Made by a program: the position numbers and the translations under genes
Notes under the pieces: generated by a model
Databases searched by the model: none
Told to the model about the DNA's origin: nothing
Seen by the model: the letters and a program-made list of their open reading frames with translations, nothing else
Shown: piece after piece, positions 1-12,800 of the stretch
How the letters are laid out: each line of letters begins with the position of its first letter
Position numbering within the stretch: position 1 is the stretch's first letter
From: Lama glama
Lineage: Eukaryota
Direction: 5' to 3'
Length of the DNA stretch: 64,000 bases
Assembly (NCBI GenBank): GCA_028534125.1
Contig: CM052844.1
Coordinates: 434,001 to 498,000, forward strand

Positions 1-3000
1 TCCCCTCAGATAGACAAGCCAGTGGGCAGGGCCAGCTGCCCCGGGGGGGCGAGGGCATGTGACATGTCTCCACGAGGGAGCGGGGCTCAGACCCCAGGCC
101 TGCGGGCTGTTACAGACACTGACGTTTCCTTTCCTTCGCTGCCAAACGCTCAGGGCACGCGCCCATGGCCCCCAGCAGCCGGGGGTGGGGGCAGTGGATG
201 GACGCCGTCTTGGGCTCCCTCACACCTGGGCACCTGGGGCTCGTGCCCAGAACGGGACCCACACGTGAGGAAGGATAAGCTGGGTGTTCCCCGTGCCCTG
301 AGCCAGCCCATCCCCTCACTGAAGGGCAGGGCCCAGCAGTCCAGGAACAGGACACCATCTGGCCAGTCCTCTGACCCCAAGAGGCCAAGGTCCCAAGGTG
401 AACGGGGGCAGCTCTCTGGACAGCTGTGAGGGACGCACTCGGACCAGCCCCACTGAGTGTCAGCACCTCGTGAAGCCAAGTGATTTCTTTTATCCAGAAA
501 CCAGGACTCACTTTACGTGACGCGGACACAGCAGGCTGCTCTGTGAGTCCCTGGACGTGGAAGTTTCACAAACACTCGAAGCTGCAGCACCTAGCACGGC
601 ATCCAGACGCAGACGGAAGAAGGCAGAAGGGACGCAGAAAAGCAGGCCAACCCAAAGCTGCGGCCCGAGAGCAGCTGTAAGTGCCCTGCTCACATGGTCG
701 GGCGGGGCCACACCCAAGAGGGGACGAGCCACACTCAAGGGATACGGGGGGCGGTGGTGGGGAGCTATGGGCCATCAGCCACGGCCCTCTGGTCATCTCT
801 GGCCCATCACCCAGTGTGGCCTCTGTCCACGGCCAGAGCCGAGAGGGGACTGTGGGGTGGGGGGTGGATCAGTGGACAAGCCGACTCACTGGCCCACACA
901 CCACGCGGCAGGGTGGGATTCTTTCTCCGGGAGCGAGCTCCAGTCCTTCCACAGCATAACCAGCACCTGCGCCCAAGTCTTAGGGCGCCAGGAGGGCAAG
1001 CCTGTGGGCTCACGGTGGTGGGAACGCCCCGACTTTAACCACACCCTGCCCGGGACCTCAGCTCCATGGTGGCAGTAACACTGCCAACTAACCCCAACGA
1101 GGTGGTGAGGCCCTGACCCCAAGGGCGGGGACCCACAGGCTTTGCGGAAGCAGAACGTGGACACCAGGAGACAGCGACCGAGGGCTCACGGAGGTTAGTG
1201 GGGTGCCAGGTCAGACGCGGACGGCGGGGACGTTGACTGACAGGGTAGCCTCCCCGAATGTGGCAGCAGCCCGCGGCTACAGGTGTGCACTGCCTTGCTC
1301 TCCAGGTGCCCCACGTGGGGATCTGTCACCCCACCAGGCCGACAGCTGACTCTGGTCAACAGACCACACAAGCCAATGAACACATCAGGCGCATCTCACC
1401 CAGTGTCACCAGAACTGCACTTGAAGGGGACCCGATTCGCCCTCCCGGTGGTTTGTGTTCAAGCAGCAGCAGGTCGAGGGCGGTGACCCCGTGGGAGCTC
1501 AGGGAGCCGCGTGGGGGTGACCGCCGCCCTGTCGTGGGCCCAGGTCCCCAGGGGGAGGGGGTCGCCAGGTCTCCGCGAGGGTGTGCCCAGACTCGTCGGG
1601 GGTCCAGCCTCTTCCTGACTCACACTGCCTTTGCTTTTGGTGGCCTGTGGCCCTCAAGTTTCTAAACAAAACCATGTCCCACCCCCTGGGTCCTGCCAGG
1701 CCGCCTGTGGAACTGGTTTCTGCGAGGGAGTCCTTGGGTGCGGCCGCACTGGGCTGCCTGTCCCCAGCCCCAGCCTCTGTGAACGGGCATCCGCGGTCTC
1801 TTCCACCAGTCCAGGCCCCTCACCCGCCCCCGCTCATCTCTACTCAGGTCCAAGTTCAAACCCTCTCCCCGTGGATTCAAGGCCAGGTTTGGGGAGGAGG
1901 CCCCAGGTGGGTATCACTCGAGACGGTCGATGCCAGGCTACCGATCAGAGGTGAAGGCGCCTCTCCTAATGTCTGGGGCTCTCCAACCGCCGCATCTGGA
2001 CTCCTGACAGCCGACCAGACACAGCTGGACCCACGAAGGCAGGGTGAGGGCAGACCCTGGGCAGGGCGCCCGCACGTGGCGGGACCTGCAGGGAGAGCAG
2101 ATCCCGTGCCCCTCCCCTAGTGCCGCTGCGCCCTGCCCAGGCCCGGCCTCCCGACCTGGCCGTCCAGGGGCCGGCGGGGTCATGCTCCCCTCCTGTGGGC
2201 AGGGAGAGGCCAGTTCACTGCACCTCTGCGGCAGCAAGTTTAACGTGGGAAGAGGTTAAACGTGCACCCCATCCTCCACTGGAACAAGGGCCCATAAAGC
2301 TGGGAGCTACAAGAGCCGCCTCTGGGCTCTGACGGAAAGCTCGAGGAGCCTGCGCCCCCAGCTACGCGCCGGCCCCGCCCCCATGGCTCTTGCACTTGGA
2401 CAGACGTGTGGCTGCCACCCCGCTGAGGTGACTTGGGAGGAAGGTTCCAGAAAGCCTCCAGGGCCACTGACCACACGAGGAGTGCCCACCGCCCTCCTGC
2501 CCCGACCTGGCACCACACGGCTCTACGTTGCCTTGAGGGTGTTTTGGTCAGGCTGGGGTCCCGGGATTGACACCCCAGGCCCCAGAACAGGCCAGCCTCC
2601 ACACCATGGGCTGGAGACGTGGGTGTGGTCTGCTCCACACGGAAGCCGGCAGGTGCCTGAGAGCAGGCTGGGCCGGGGCCCAGGTGTGGACAGTGGCTAT
2701 TGGACCTCCGCCTGCGCCTCCTCAGCTCCTGGCAGGAGGCAGAGGAGGACTCGCCCGCACGTGGCCTCTAGGGGTACAAGGGACAGCGTGAGGGTCGGTC
2801 CTCAGGAGCCTGCCTCGTCAGCTCTGAATGCCGCTGCTCCGCCCAGGCAGGGGCTGCACGCACAGGCAGGCTTCTGAAGACTGGAGGGGCGGCCTCCGCG
2901 GTCAGGGCCACAAAGATGCAGCTGTCACACGCGGCGGGACGGGGACGTGACACTTCCTCTCCCAGAGCAGGGCGGGTGGGGGTGACTGTAAGGGCCCTCC

Positions 3001-4520
3001 TAGGTGTCGCTTGGCCGCCCCGCTGTTGACGGCGCTGGTCCAGGCCGGGGCCCCACCGCCCAGGGCTTCGTCTGTTTATGAAATGAGGGGACATGGACAG
3101 GTCTGCGCCAGGCGGGCCGGGTTCGGAGGAGCCTGCCGGGGGTGGGGGCCGAGGGGCTGCAGGCAGGAGTGACAAGGGTCCCAGGAGGAGGAGGCCCACG
3201 GAGCTTCCCATGGTCACCTGAGTGAGGGTCCTGCTGTCTGGAAGGGGATTCGAGGTTAAGCCCAGAGTGCAATGCCACGGATTGGGGGGAAATGAGCCTG
3301 AGTGCTCAGTGGAAGAGGTGAACTCAAAACCTGCCGTGAAGCTGGGGCCGCTGGGCTGTCTGGGAGCTGGAGGGCGGCCTGGCCACGCCGTGACCACCCA
3401 CACCGGCTGCCCCTGCTCGGCGCCAGCACAAGCGGGAACGGAGAGCCAGGCCCCGGGTCTGCGGACGCTCAGAGCCGCGCCCCCGGCGGCAGAGGCCGTG
3501 CGGGCTGGCTTGTGTCCCCGGGGCCTCCTCGGCTGGTCCTGGAGAAGCCCCGGGGCCCTCACCCCTGGCTCCATGAGCCACAGGCGGGCAGGGGCCCAGG
3601 TCAACACAGTTCTGGGAAACCAGTGAGAACACTTCAGACGAAGAGACGGACTCCCCAGGCCCCAGCACTCGTTGTGACCTACTGCTCATTTCAGAGACAC
3701 TGACGTCGGCACGTGCTTCGAGTCACAACCTGGGACGCTTTCCTGGTGTGTGAGCCCCACCTGCCCTGCCTGTCCCCAGGTCGCTGGGCAGCGAGGGAAC
3801 GTGACCCCGGAGCACAGGGACGTGCACACTGCCTTTCCCCCACACCTGGGGGCCGCGCCCCGCAGGTCAGGCTCCTTTCTGTCTTTAATCGGAGCGGACG
3901 TGCTGGACGACCTTCGGGAGCATGACCGGTCCTGGCGGGATGTCTGTCTCATGACAGGTACCAGGGCGCCTCAGCTCAGTCACTCGAGTGTGGGGACGTT
4001 TTTCCTTCAGAAGGTGGCAGGAGCACAGGTAAACCAAACAGCAACAAGCAAGCTTAGTAGAACCTCCCTGGCTGCACAGGGCTGCGACCGCTGCCCCAGA
4101 GAGGCCAGGAGGGGCTGGACGCAGGGACCTTCCCGGCCCTGTGCTTGCGCTGCTCACTGACGGCGTCTTGCACTCAAGTGGACACTTCCCCCAATTAAAC
4201 ACGCGCCCCCTCCCCGCCCCAGAGAGGGAGAAAGGACCAAACTGTCCCAGGCCTCACGCAGCCCAGCAGCCAGGACACCGACCACCAGGGCCCAGAGGTC
4301 CCCACACGCCCAGTGGGACTTCCTTGCAGTCTGAACAACTTGAAACGGCAGCCAGCAGAGGAGGGGCGGAGGGCGAGGCTAGTGTGTCTGTAGTCCCGGC
4401 CTCAGAAGGTCAGGTCAGAGCTGGGAGGAAGGTGACAAGGGTGGCCGTCCCACCCCCGGAGCGGCGCCACCGTCAGCAGAGTGAAGACAGCCCCAGGGCT
4501 GAGGAAGGCGGTGAGGACGC

Positions 4521-4582
4521 GAGAGAAACACCAAACCTAAGGCTGGAAACTGAAGTTCTGGTTTTTCATTTGTTCATTTATT
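4521..4582 (-). terminator. Candidate distal polyadenylation signal (AATAAA 4582-4577) with GU-rich downstream element (4540-4521)
   Basis: AATAAA in an A-rich context, followed about 40 nt later by TTAGGTTTGGTGTTTCTCTC on the minus strand. Confidence 0.55.
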
Positions 4583-4928
4583 TTTTCAAACCACACAGGG
4601 CAGCCCTCCACGATTCAGGCATGGAGTTGGGGCCGGGGGGGTCCCCGCTCTCAGGGAGCTCGCAGTCCAGCGGGATGTCAGCCTGGTCACAGCACCATGG
4701 GGACCGGCCACCCCAGGAAGGCAGGCAGGGCGGGGCACTCCGGGGGCGGGGAGCCTGGGCACCCCAGCCGCGGATGGAGCAGACTATGTGGAGCGACGTG
4801 AAGGGGGCTGGGGCCTGGGGTCAGCGGCACAGGCCACAGATGGCCAGGCCTCTGTGCTCTGACCCCACAGGTGAGGGGTCCACCGGTGGGGTGGTACACC
4901 ACCTCCAGGGTCCACAGAGCATGGGTGC

Positions 4929-5091
4929 GGGGGTGTCGGGCAAACGTGGGGGTGGGGGTGTCAGGCAGACGTGGGGGTGGGGGGTGTCGGGCAGGGGTGG
5001 GGGTGTCGGGCAGACGTGGGGGTGGGGGGGTCGGGCAGACGCAGGGGTGGTGGGTGTCGGGCAGACGTGGGGGTGAGGGGGTGTTGAGCAG
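4929..5091 (+). repeat. G-rich minisatellite, about 25-26-bp unit GGGGGTGTCGGGCAGACGTGGGGGT, about 6 copies
   Basis: GTGTC(G/A)GGCA recurs at 4933, 4958, 4984 and onward. Confidence 0.88.
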
Positions 5092-6293
5092 AGAGCTGGT
5101 CCGACCCCTGTGGGAGGGACCTGCAGGACTGAAGGTTTCCTGTGGGGTGGGGGAGACAGTGACTCGGGACAGCCCTGCCCCAAGACCTCAGTAACCTGTC
5201 TTTGGGGCCTTGCCCCCCACCCCCGGAGAGGCACACCATGAGCACTGGCCCTTCCCCCTCTGACGCTGGGGGGGTCTGTGTGAGCGAGAGGTAAATTTGG
5301 GGCAGGCACTGCAGAAAACATCAATGCTAGAGCTGCTTTCTACACTGGTTTGAAAAACCATTTTCTTTGTAAAGCATAGCTTTCCCTCAGTCAAGCACGT
5401 ACGAATTTTAATTGGGACACAATCATCACATTAAAAAAAGCCTGCTCTCTTCTGTAAGGTACGTAGTTCGTTACCCCACGAATGGAGAGGAGGCACGAGG
5501 CGCTCGCGGCCCAGACCACAAGCAGCCGGGCCCCAGGGCGGGGGGCAAATGCCGCTGCTGCGCTCCTGTGACTGCACACGCTCATGACGCCGCGATTTCA
5601 CAACACAATCACGTCATTCAAACCTGGAAAGGCATGGCTAGTGTTTGTCCCCAAAACAGTTAATTCTGTTTGGCGTCTACACGGGCATCCCAGAGCTTTC
5701 TATCATGTAAGTGACATTTCACATTCAGAGAAAGCCGAAACCTACAAGAATTCCTTGATTTTAGTAAATGACGACACTGCTGATTTTGCAATCTGTTTTT
5801 AGTTTATGATGTCCCTGTTAGATTGTACGCATCTCTTTTAAGTTTTTAGAACAAAAGCTGCAGTGTAACAGGACTGATGGCCAGCTGCGCGTGCACCTGA
5901 CACAACCAATCAGGACGCGGTCCTCGCTGGACACACCCGTCCACCGGGAGGAGGGTGACGGGACCGGGGGCTCTGAGCACACTCGGGGAGGCTCAACTTC
6001 CTGCCAGGTCAGGGTGGAACAGCAGACAGCGGTGTTTTCCGTAAGAAAACACCTGGAAAGTGGAAGAGGCAAACAGGACTTTTTTAGGGAAAAGAAACCG
6101 TCCTCAAAGCACGTGAGCCTGAACAAGGGACCTCTCAGTCGAATGAAAGGTGCTTCGGGCTGCAAGCCGCACGGTCACGGGGAGATGCAGTTATTCACAA
6201 AAAGCTTGTGTGGGACGTTAGCGGGAGCATGAGAATCACCGGTGTTAGTTAAGGACCACGCCGGGCACCGGCCTTCAGGCTTCATGGAAAGGG

Positions 6294-6299
6294 TTTATT
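6294..6299 (-). terminator. Proximal polyadenylation signal AATAAA for short isoform A
   Basis: TTTATT on + at 6294-6299, about 330 nt after the isoform A stop. Confidence 0.75.
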
Positions 6300-6628
6300 T
6301 CTAAAGGCACCTGCAAAATAATGACAGCTACTTGCTTCTCCACTTAAACTTCCATGGGATTTAAACACACACCAGATCCACCCCAGCTTTTCAGACAAAA
6401 GAGCAGCGCGTCCCCCCTTGGCTGTTGCGTGTGTGCAAGCAGCCAGCAACACGACCATAATGGCCCCAAACGCGGCCCCGCCCCAACAGCAATGAAGGAA
6501 AATACACCAGAAGCTTCGCTTTTCTTTGGGAAGAAATGAAGACGTGACCGTGCTAACAGAAGGCAGCCGCGCGAGCGCACGGTGGGACCGCACTGTGTCT
6601 CCGCCGCAGCAGTCGGCTCCTGCGTCTC

Positions 6629-6820
6629 TTAGGAAAAGCACCCCATTGGTTCGTTCGCAGCACTCAAGGTTAGAAAGAGAGCGTTACCATTGGCGGGCAG
6701 GTAGGTGAAGTGCTGGTACTGGCTTCTCTTTCTCTTCCCGTTGCAGACGTAGAAGCTGACTTGGACGGGGCTGGTTATTCTCTGATTGCGAAAAGGCGGG
6801 ATCTCGACCACCAGCGAGTT
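6629..6820 (-). CDS. NFATC1: NFATC1 exon 9 ([44 protein letters not shown]). Internal donor after 6688 for B/C isoforms; read-through gives the isoform A tail [19 protein letters not shown]
   Basis: Acceptor TTCTCACTAG|AAC at 6820; donor G|GTAACG at 6687 (133-nt spliced form); TAA at 6631-6629; KRKR C-terminal NLS. Confidence 0.95.
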   Translation of the reverse strand, partial: NSLVVEIPPFRNQRITSPVQVSFYVCNGKRKRSQYQHFTYLPANGNALFLTLSAANEPMGCFS

Positions 6821-9800
6821 CTAGTGAGAAAGTGGCAGACAGGAGGGAGACCGTTAGCGTCCCAAACGCAGAGCCGCCTGCGCGAGGCAGTCGCCTACAA
6901 GCCCCTTCCGCAGCGTCGAGCACGAGGCGGGTTTTCCCTAGGGGTGAACAGCCCCTGGGTCCTGGACTCCCGCAGACCGGAGCTGAGAGGTGGTCTGAGG
7001 TACTGTGTGTGGCAGGAGGCTGGGGCTTCACCTAAGATGCCACCAGCTCAACCCAGGAGAGAAGCTGTGAGGACAAATGTGGAGACGGGACTGGCTACTG
7101 GGCACCCTTCTGCCCCCAAATTATGACCGTGAGAAAATGGACAAAGGGCTCCCTTGGGCCGACTCGCGGGTGGAGCCGGGAGCCCCTGGTCAGGTAGCCG
7201 GCAATGGAGCCCCAGGGGAAGCGTGCCCTGCAGGTGTCTCCGGGGGCCCACAGCCCGAGCCATAACCCCTCGAATTGAAGAGGACAGGAGAGCCGGGCGC
7301 AGCAGGTTCCGGAGGGGTGGGCGTCAAGCACAGATGGAACAGGGTGCTGCACAGAGGTTGCTGTTCCCCGCCCGTGTTTTAAGTTAAACAGCAACACTTT
7401 TACAAAACTCTGCCCCTTCAAGTACAGATACAAAAATATGGCGGTGGGGTGTCCCACCCTGTGGAAGGACACAGCTAGGGGTCGGCGCGCCTGCATCTGG
7501 GCTGTCTGGTGCTCAGACGTCCTGACGCGCCTGACCTGGGGCTGGCCTGCAGCCCCTCTCGGGTCTGTCCCCGGAACCACACTCGTGCCGGGGAACACAG
7601 TGCTTCAATACCTCCTTTCGTCTGGGAGAAGCCACGGCCCACGGCTGTGTGCGCCTGGTCAGCCTGCGTCTTGGCCAAGAGGCTGCACCCACCGTGGGCA
7701 CCCAGGTCTGGTCAGACACGGGCAGGTGTCCAGCCTGGCTCTGACACCCCGAGTCCCAGTCTCACCACCTGTCCGGGGACTAGAAAGACGCCACCTCCAG
7801 GGGTGTTTCCCGAGGATTCAGTTATCAGAAGGAGACACCACAGGTGACGCTGGCGTGGGCACACAGCTGACACCCAACGACGGCTCGACACAGAAGTGAG
7901 GCGAGACAGGGAGGAGCGCTGCCTGAGCTGAGGTCAGAAGTAAAATGGGACGTGACTCGGGGTCACAAGGTGGCTGCAGGGAGTGTCTTGGCGGGCGACC
8001 CGGGCAAGCCCGTGACCCGGGTGGGTGGGCGACCCAGGCAGGCGGCACTTCCAGGTTCTGTGAGCTCTTAGTTTGATGTGGGCTCAGACGGACATACTTC
8101 AGTCCTCTAAATAGGCAGATGATGAAATTACGTGACAAACCGCCGTCCCGTGGGGGCGCTGGTGCTGGGATGCGCCGTAAGGTAAGATCTGTCCTGACGG
8201 GAGGCTGAGGGTTAGCAGGGCGCTCGGTGCATCCACGCGAGCTGGTGCGGAAAATCCACTGCCTCCTGCTCATGACGGTGTACAAACCGTCCACACAGCG
8301 CAACCCCGCTTGGCTTTAAAAATACGCATGCTACAGTGTCCACGTATGTGTGTGTGAGTGTGCACAGGAGCTCGCGACACACACCCACAACAGGAAGAGA
8401 AGGGCAGGAAACGTGCCCGAGCGCTGACGGTGGTGGAATTACACCAGGCGGTGTCCTTTTTCCAGGACACCTTTGTTATATTTTCCAAGTTTCCACAATG
8501 AATATGACATTCTTTTATAATTCAAAAAGTATAAAATAGACGTCATTTAAGAGACAAGAGAGATGAACTTAAAGTGAAAGTGTAAGTTCAGTGAAAGTGA
8601 AGAGTTAAGAAAAGAGTAAGCTGAGTAAACTTACACTGAAGTGTGAACTTACAGGCCACCACCGTTCACCTGTTCCCCACTCGTTTAGAACATAAAACTG
8701 TCAACTGTTTGGCTCCCTTTAAAATACCCACTGTTCAAAGTGGAAAAAAAAACTTGATGGAAAATCTGAACATGCAAACTTGGTGGAATTATTTTGATAC
8801 CAAGAGATGCACCACTTCTGCGGCCTCTCTTCCTGCCCAGGGAGAAGGGGGCGGCCACACGGGCCCTGGGGAGTGGAGAGGACTCGGGCCCACGCTGGAG
8901 CTGGAACCGGGGGCTGTGGGCCCACATTTCGCGGTGACCAGTAGGGCAGGAGCAGCGGGGAGAGGGGAGGCGGCACCTGTCCTGGCAAACCTGAAGGCTG
9001 GCTCTGCAGCTAACGGCCTGTTTGGGCCAGGAGTCTGGCGTGGAGGCCGAGCTGCCCTAGCCAGCGGCCCTTCCTCAGGGGAAGGCAGGAAGCAGTGCGC
9101 GCGTGAGGCGGCAGGCCCAGCGCCCATGAGGGCAGCAGGGTGTGGACACAGTTTTCACTCCTGGAGTCAGGGAAGAATCTGCCCCTCTGACACTTCTGTA
9201 AGGCCCCTGCTAAATGGACCAGAGCTTGGAAGAGGACGCCTAAGTCACAGCTAAAAGGTGCTGCCTCCTCCCGGAGCCACCTGTGTGGAGGGAGGGGCCG
9301 GCCCAGGGCAGAGGTTGACCACCCAGACCCCTCCAGCAAAGCCCACATTTCCTGCACTTTCAGGAGGACTGTCTGCACGTCTCTAACAGCATTCGGGGGA
9401 ATGAGCTAGAGAGCTTGGAAGAAACTTGAATTTTCTCAAAAAATCACCTGCTAGCTGCAGGGCATCACGTTACCTGAAGACTCCTGCTGCTTCTCTGGGA
9501 CCAAGAAGGGCACACACTCCATGGTGGACACCAGCCCACACACATCACTGATCACGTTAAACACCAACGGTCTACCCACCCCGACTAGGACAGCGTGTCA
9601 GTGGGTAAAAACAAGACGCAGCTCTCCGCTGTGTGCGGGGACCTGCTTCAGATTTAAAGACAGACAGAAACCGAGGGGCTGGAGGACAGCAACCCTGCGA
9701 ACCGCCGTCAGAGGGAGGTGGAGCCGCCACGGAACTTCAGACAGAGCCCCCTCCACCAGCAGCCCCGGACAGCGGTCACCCTTAGGCTCCTGCGTGTGGA

Positions 9801-12800
9801 CAGCCAAGGGAGCCGTGGGGCCAGCGTCAGGACGGCCCCGAGCCAGCGCGGCGGCCCCACACGAGGGGGGGCGCAGGCCCCGCAGGCACCCTGGCTGGCA
9901 GGTGAGACCCCACTGGGGCCCGGGGCCTGGCCGCCCTCTGAGGACAAACAAGGCGTCACGGCCCCGGACGCCGGCGGCCCCGGAGGCACCCACGGGCTCA
10001 CACAGCGTCCCCCAGGGGGCAGCGGCCAGTGGGGGGGCCCTGGTAACAAAGGCAGCTTATGGCGACAGCAGCCCCGGGCGTGCGAGTGCCCCCGCGCCCC
10101 CTGGCAAGAGGCCTGCCACCCACATGGCGCCCTGTCCTCCATGGTCACTCATGTCCAAGACCTCACCTCACCTTCCATCCTGAGAGCGCTCGTTTCAGGA
10201 ACTGTTCCTCCATCGTTTCTACCCCCTACTCCGTTATTTTTATAGTCGGTTCATTTCAACAAACGAGAAGCCAGGTATCTGGGGCCAGGAGGCCGCCACT
10301 GTGGTCAGGAGGCCCCGGGCCCCACGTCTCCCCCCTCACCCCAGGGCCGCACTCACCGGCTTGCAGAGGTCTCCATCAGTCTTCGCCTCCATTTCCCAGA
10401 TGTGGTGCCCGTCTGCAAGGAAGGGGAGGGAGAGTCCGTTACTCACGTCCTGATGGCCACCACCTGAAATTACAACCCGGACGCAGGCACACAGGACTCA
10501 CACGCAGGAGCCTCTGGTGAGAGGCTCCCCTGCCTGGTTGGCCGTGGGGGCCGCCTGCTGGCACAGGTGGGCTGCTGTGCATGCTGAGCAGGGAGAGTGG
10601 ACGCCAGAGCCAGTCGGGAGAAGCTCAAATCCAGAACGTGAGAGCAGGGTGCCTGGAGGGGCCCACAGAGCCCTGCTCTGCAGAAGCCCCCTACCCAGCG
10701 CAGCCGCGGAAGGGTGTCCACACTTGGAGGAACACGGGTAACCCCAGCAAGAGGGGCGCCGTGCTGGGACGTGGGCCGGGTCTGGGTCGGGCTCCGGCCC
10801 CAGCGGCTCCGGCCCACAGTGCGCACGACGCACTCCGGGCGCAGAGCTGTTTGATGCAGCGAGGGCCACGGGCCCTGCCTCTGCTCAGGGAATTGCCGGG
10901 GGTGGGGAAGAAAACGCCTCCTGTGTCTGCTCCTTGCCACATCAGGATCCACCAATGCAAAACACAAGGTATTTTTAACTTTACCCCAGTGGCCGTTTGC
11001 ATTTTTGAAAAAATGAAAAGCCTCCAGTGAAAGAAAGGGCACACTGTCTCGGGCCCTGGAGGGGGCGAGGTCAGGAACCCACGCTCACTGGGACGGAGGG
11101 AGCGCGTTCCAGTCTGGAAAACCCTCTGGCAGGCACGCTGTCGGGGGACTGGTTTTGGCCGTTATTTTGAATGAACAGACGTCAGTCTCCGACGGAGGCC
11201 TCTTTCCTCTCCATCTTTTGCGAAGTCAGCTCCCCACACGAGTCACTATAGCTATGGATACGTTTAGTGTCCTGATCCTCTGTTTGCAAAGAAGAGATCT
11301 ACGTGTGTTACAAACCCTAAATCATAAATAAATTAGACAAGATCTCCTTTTTCTCCCTGGCGGTGCTGGCTGGGCTGGAGGGCGGAGCGGGGAGGAAGCA
11401 TGAGTCACGGGGAGGCTGAGGCGCCAGGACCACACCGGCCTCTCGGGACGCCCGAGGTCCCCGCGCGAGTTATCTGCCAGATGGACCCACTCCACGGCAA
11501 GCAGGGCCCCACGGCCCAGAGACTGCACCACCTCTCCGCTGGGAAAAACAACAGGAAACCCACAGAACAGCCCGCTGCTCTCGAAGGCATCGCGAGGTCT
11601 ACAAAGCGGCGAACTTTCCCCTGTGAGCTCGGGGCCCGGGGGAAAGAACACCCTGACTCCGGCCCCGGTGCCCACGGACCCCAGGGCCCCCGGGGCCACT
11701 GTGACGCGCCCGCGGCCTAGACCCGCCCGGATGTGCTGATGCCCCGCCTCCCCCGCCACGTGTCTGAGGAAATCAGAGCGACTCCGCCTGTAACGACCTC
11801 TCTCCCCTCCCTGATGCCTTTTAGAAACAGCACGTTTTCGGATGACAGAGCCGATCTCTGTCCCTCCCCCACTGAGCAGCTTAAGTGTTAAAACCTGAAG
11901 TTTGGGGGCAAAACCACACAGCTGCTTTTTCTCTGCCTGTCGACAGAGGCTGGCAGAGCCACAGCTCACAGCCCACGACGGAATTCTCCACAGCGTCCAG
12001 GCCTCCCTGGCCAGAATGGGGGAGGGCAGCACCTGCCCAGGAGAGGGGAGACGGAGGCCCACGAGGGGCCAGGGACACCCAGCAGCACCCAGTGTCCACC
12101 ACTGCCCATCCTCCAGGAGGGGCCGGAGACTGGACTGGCCTCCCGGGAGCGCCTGGCAGGTTCACCCACGGAGCGAAAACGAAGGGAAATGCAGTCGTGG
12201 AGGGGGCGGCGGGGCGTGCGTGCTGAGGACATGCCCCCCGGGGGACAGGGTCCTTCCCCTCCAGGGCGTCCTGGGCCTGTGGAATGCCGTCCTGGGGTGC
12301 CTGCCCAGGGGCCAGCAGGCCACATGATCCCACTATGCACCATGTCCGCGGGCGGGCCAGGCCTTGCCGGCTGCGCCAGCTCCCGGGTCCTCACGGCTCC
12401 GGAAGGCGCAGATCCTTCCGGCCCTAGACCAACCGAGAGCGAAGCCCCTCAGGCCGGCTCTTCAGCCCCAGGTGCCCAGAGCCCCCGCTCCCTGCATTCC
12501 CGCCCACCCTGGCGTGGGGGCTCTGGCCCCAGCTTCCCTGGCCTCTTTATTCCAGGGTGGATTCCAGGCAGAGGGCGGGCCTCAGGGACCCTAAACGGAG
12601 CCTGACTCTTAAAGGCTAGCGTCTCTCTACGGTCGGGAACGCACACGTGGCCTTGTCCAGGGACGGGGCAGGGCCCCAGCAGGGAGAGGTGCTGATCGTC
12701 GCCTGCTCTGGGACTACAGGCCCACCCCCCCAGCTCCAGCCTCCGGCGCCCGTCCTGTGACACCCGCCCAGGGCAGCCCGGCCTCCCCGGGAAGGGACAG

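Noticed and set aside
1-4500. Possible NFATC1 exon 10 (VPIIKTEP...) in the leftmost region
   Set aside because: No matching peptide seen on the minus strand; the exon must lie outside the window.
4141-5076. 311-aa plus-strand ORF
   Set aside because: Non-ATG start, no recognisable domain, and the C-terminus is the G-rich minisatellite.
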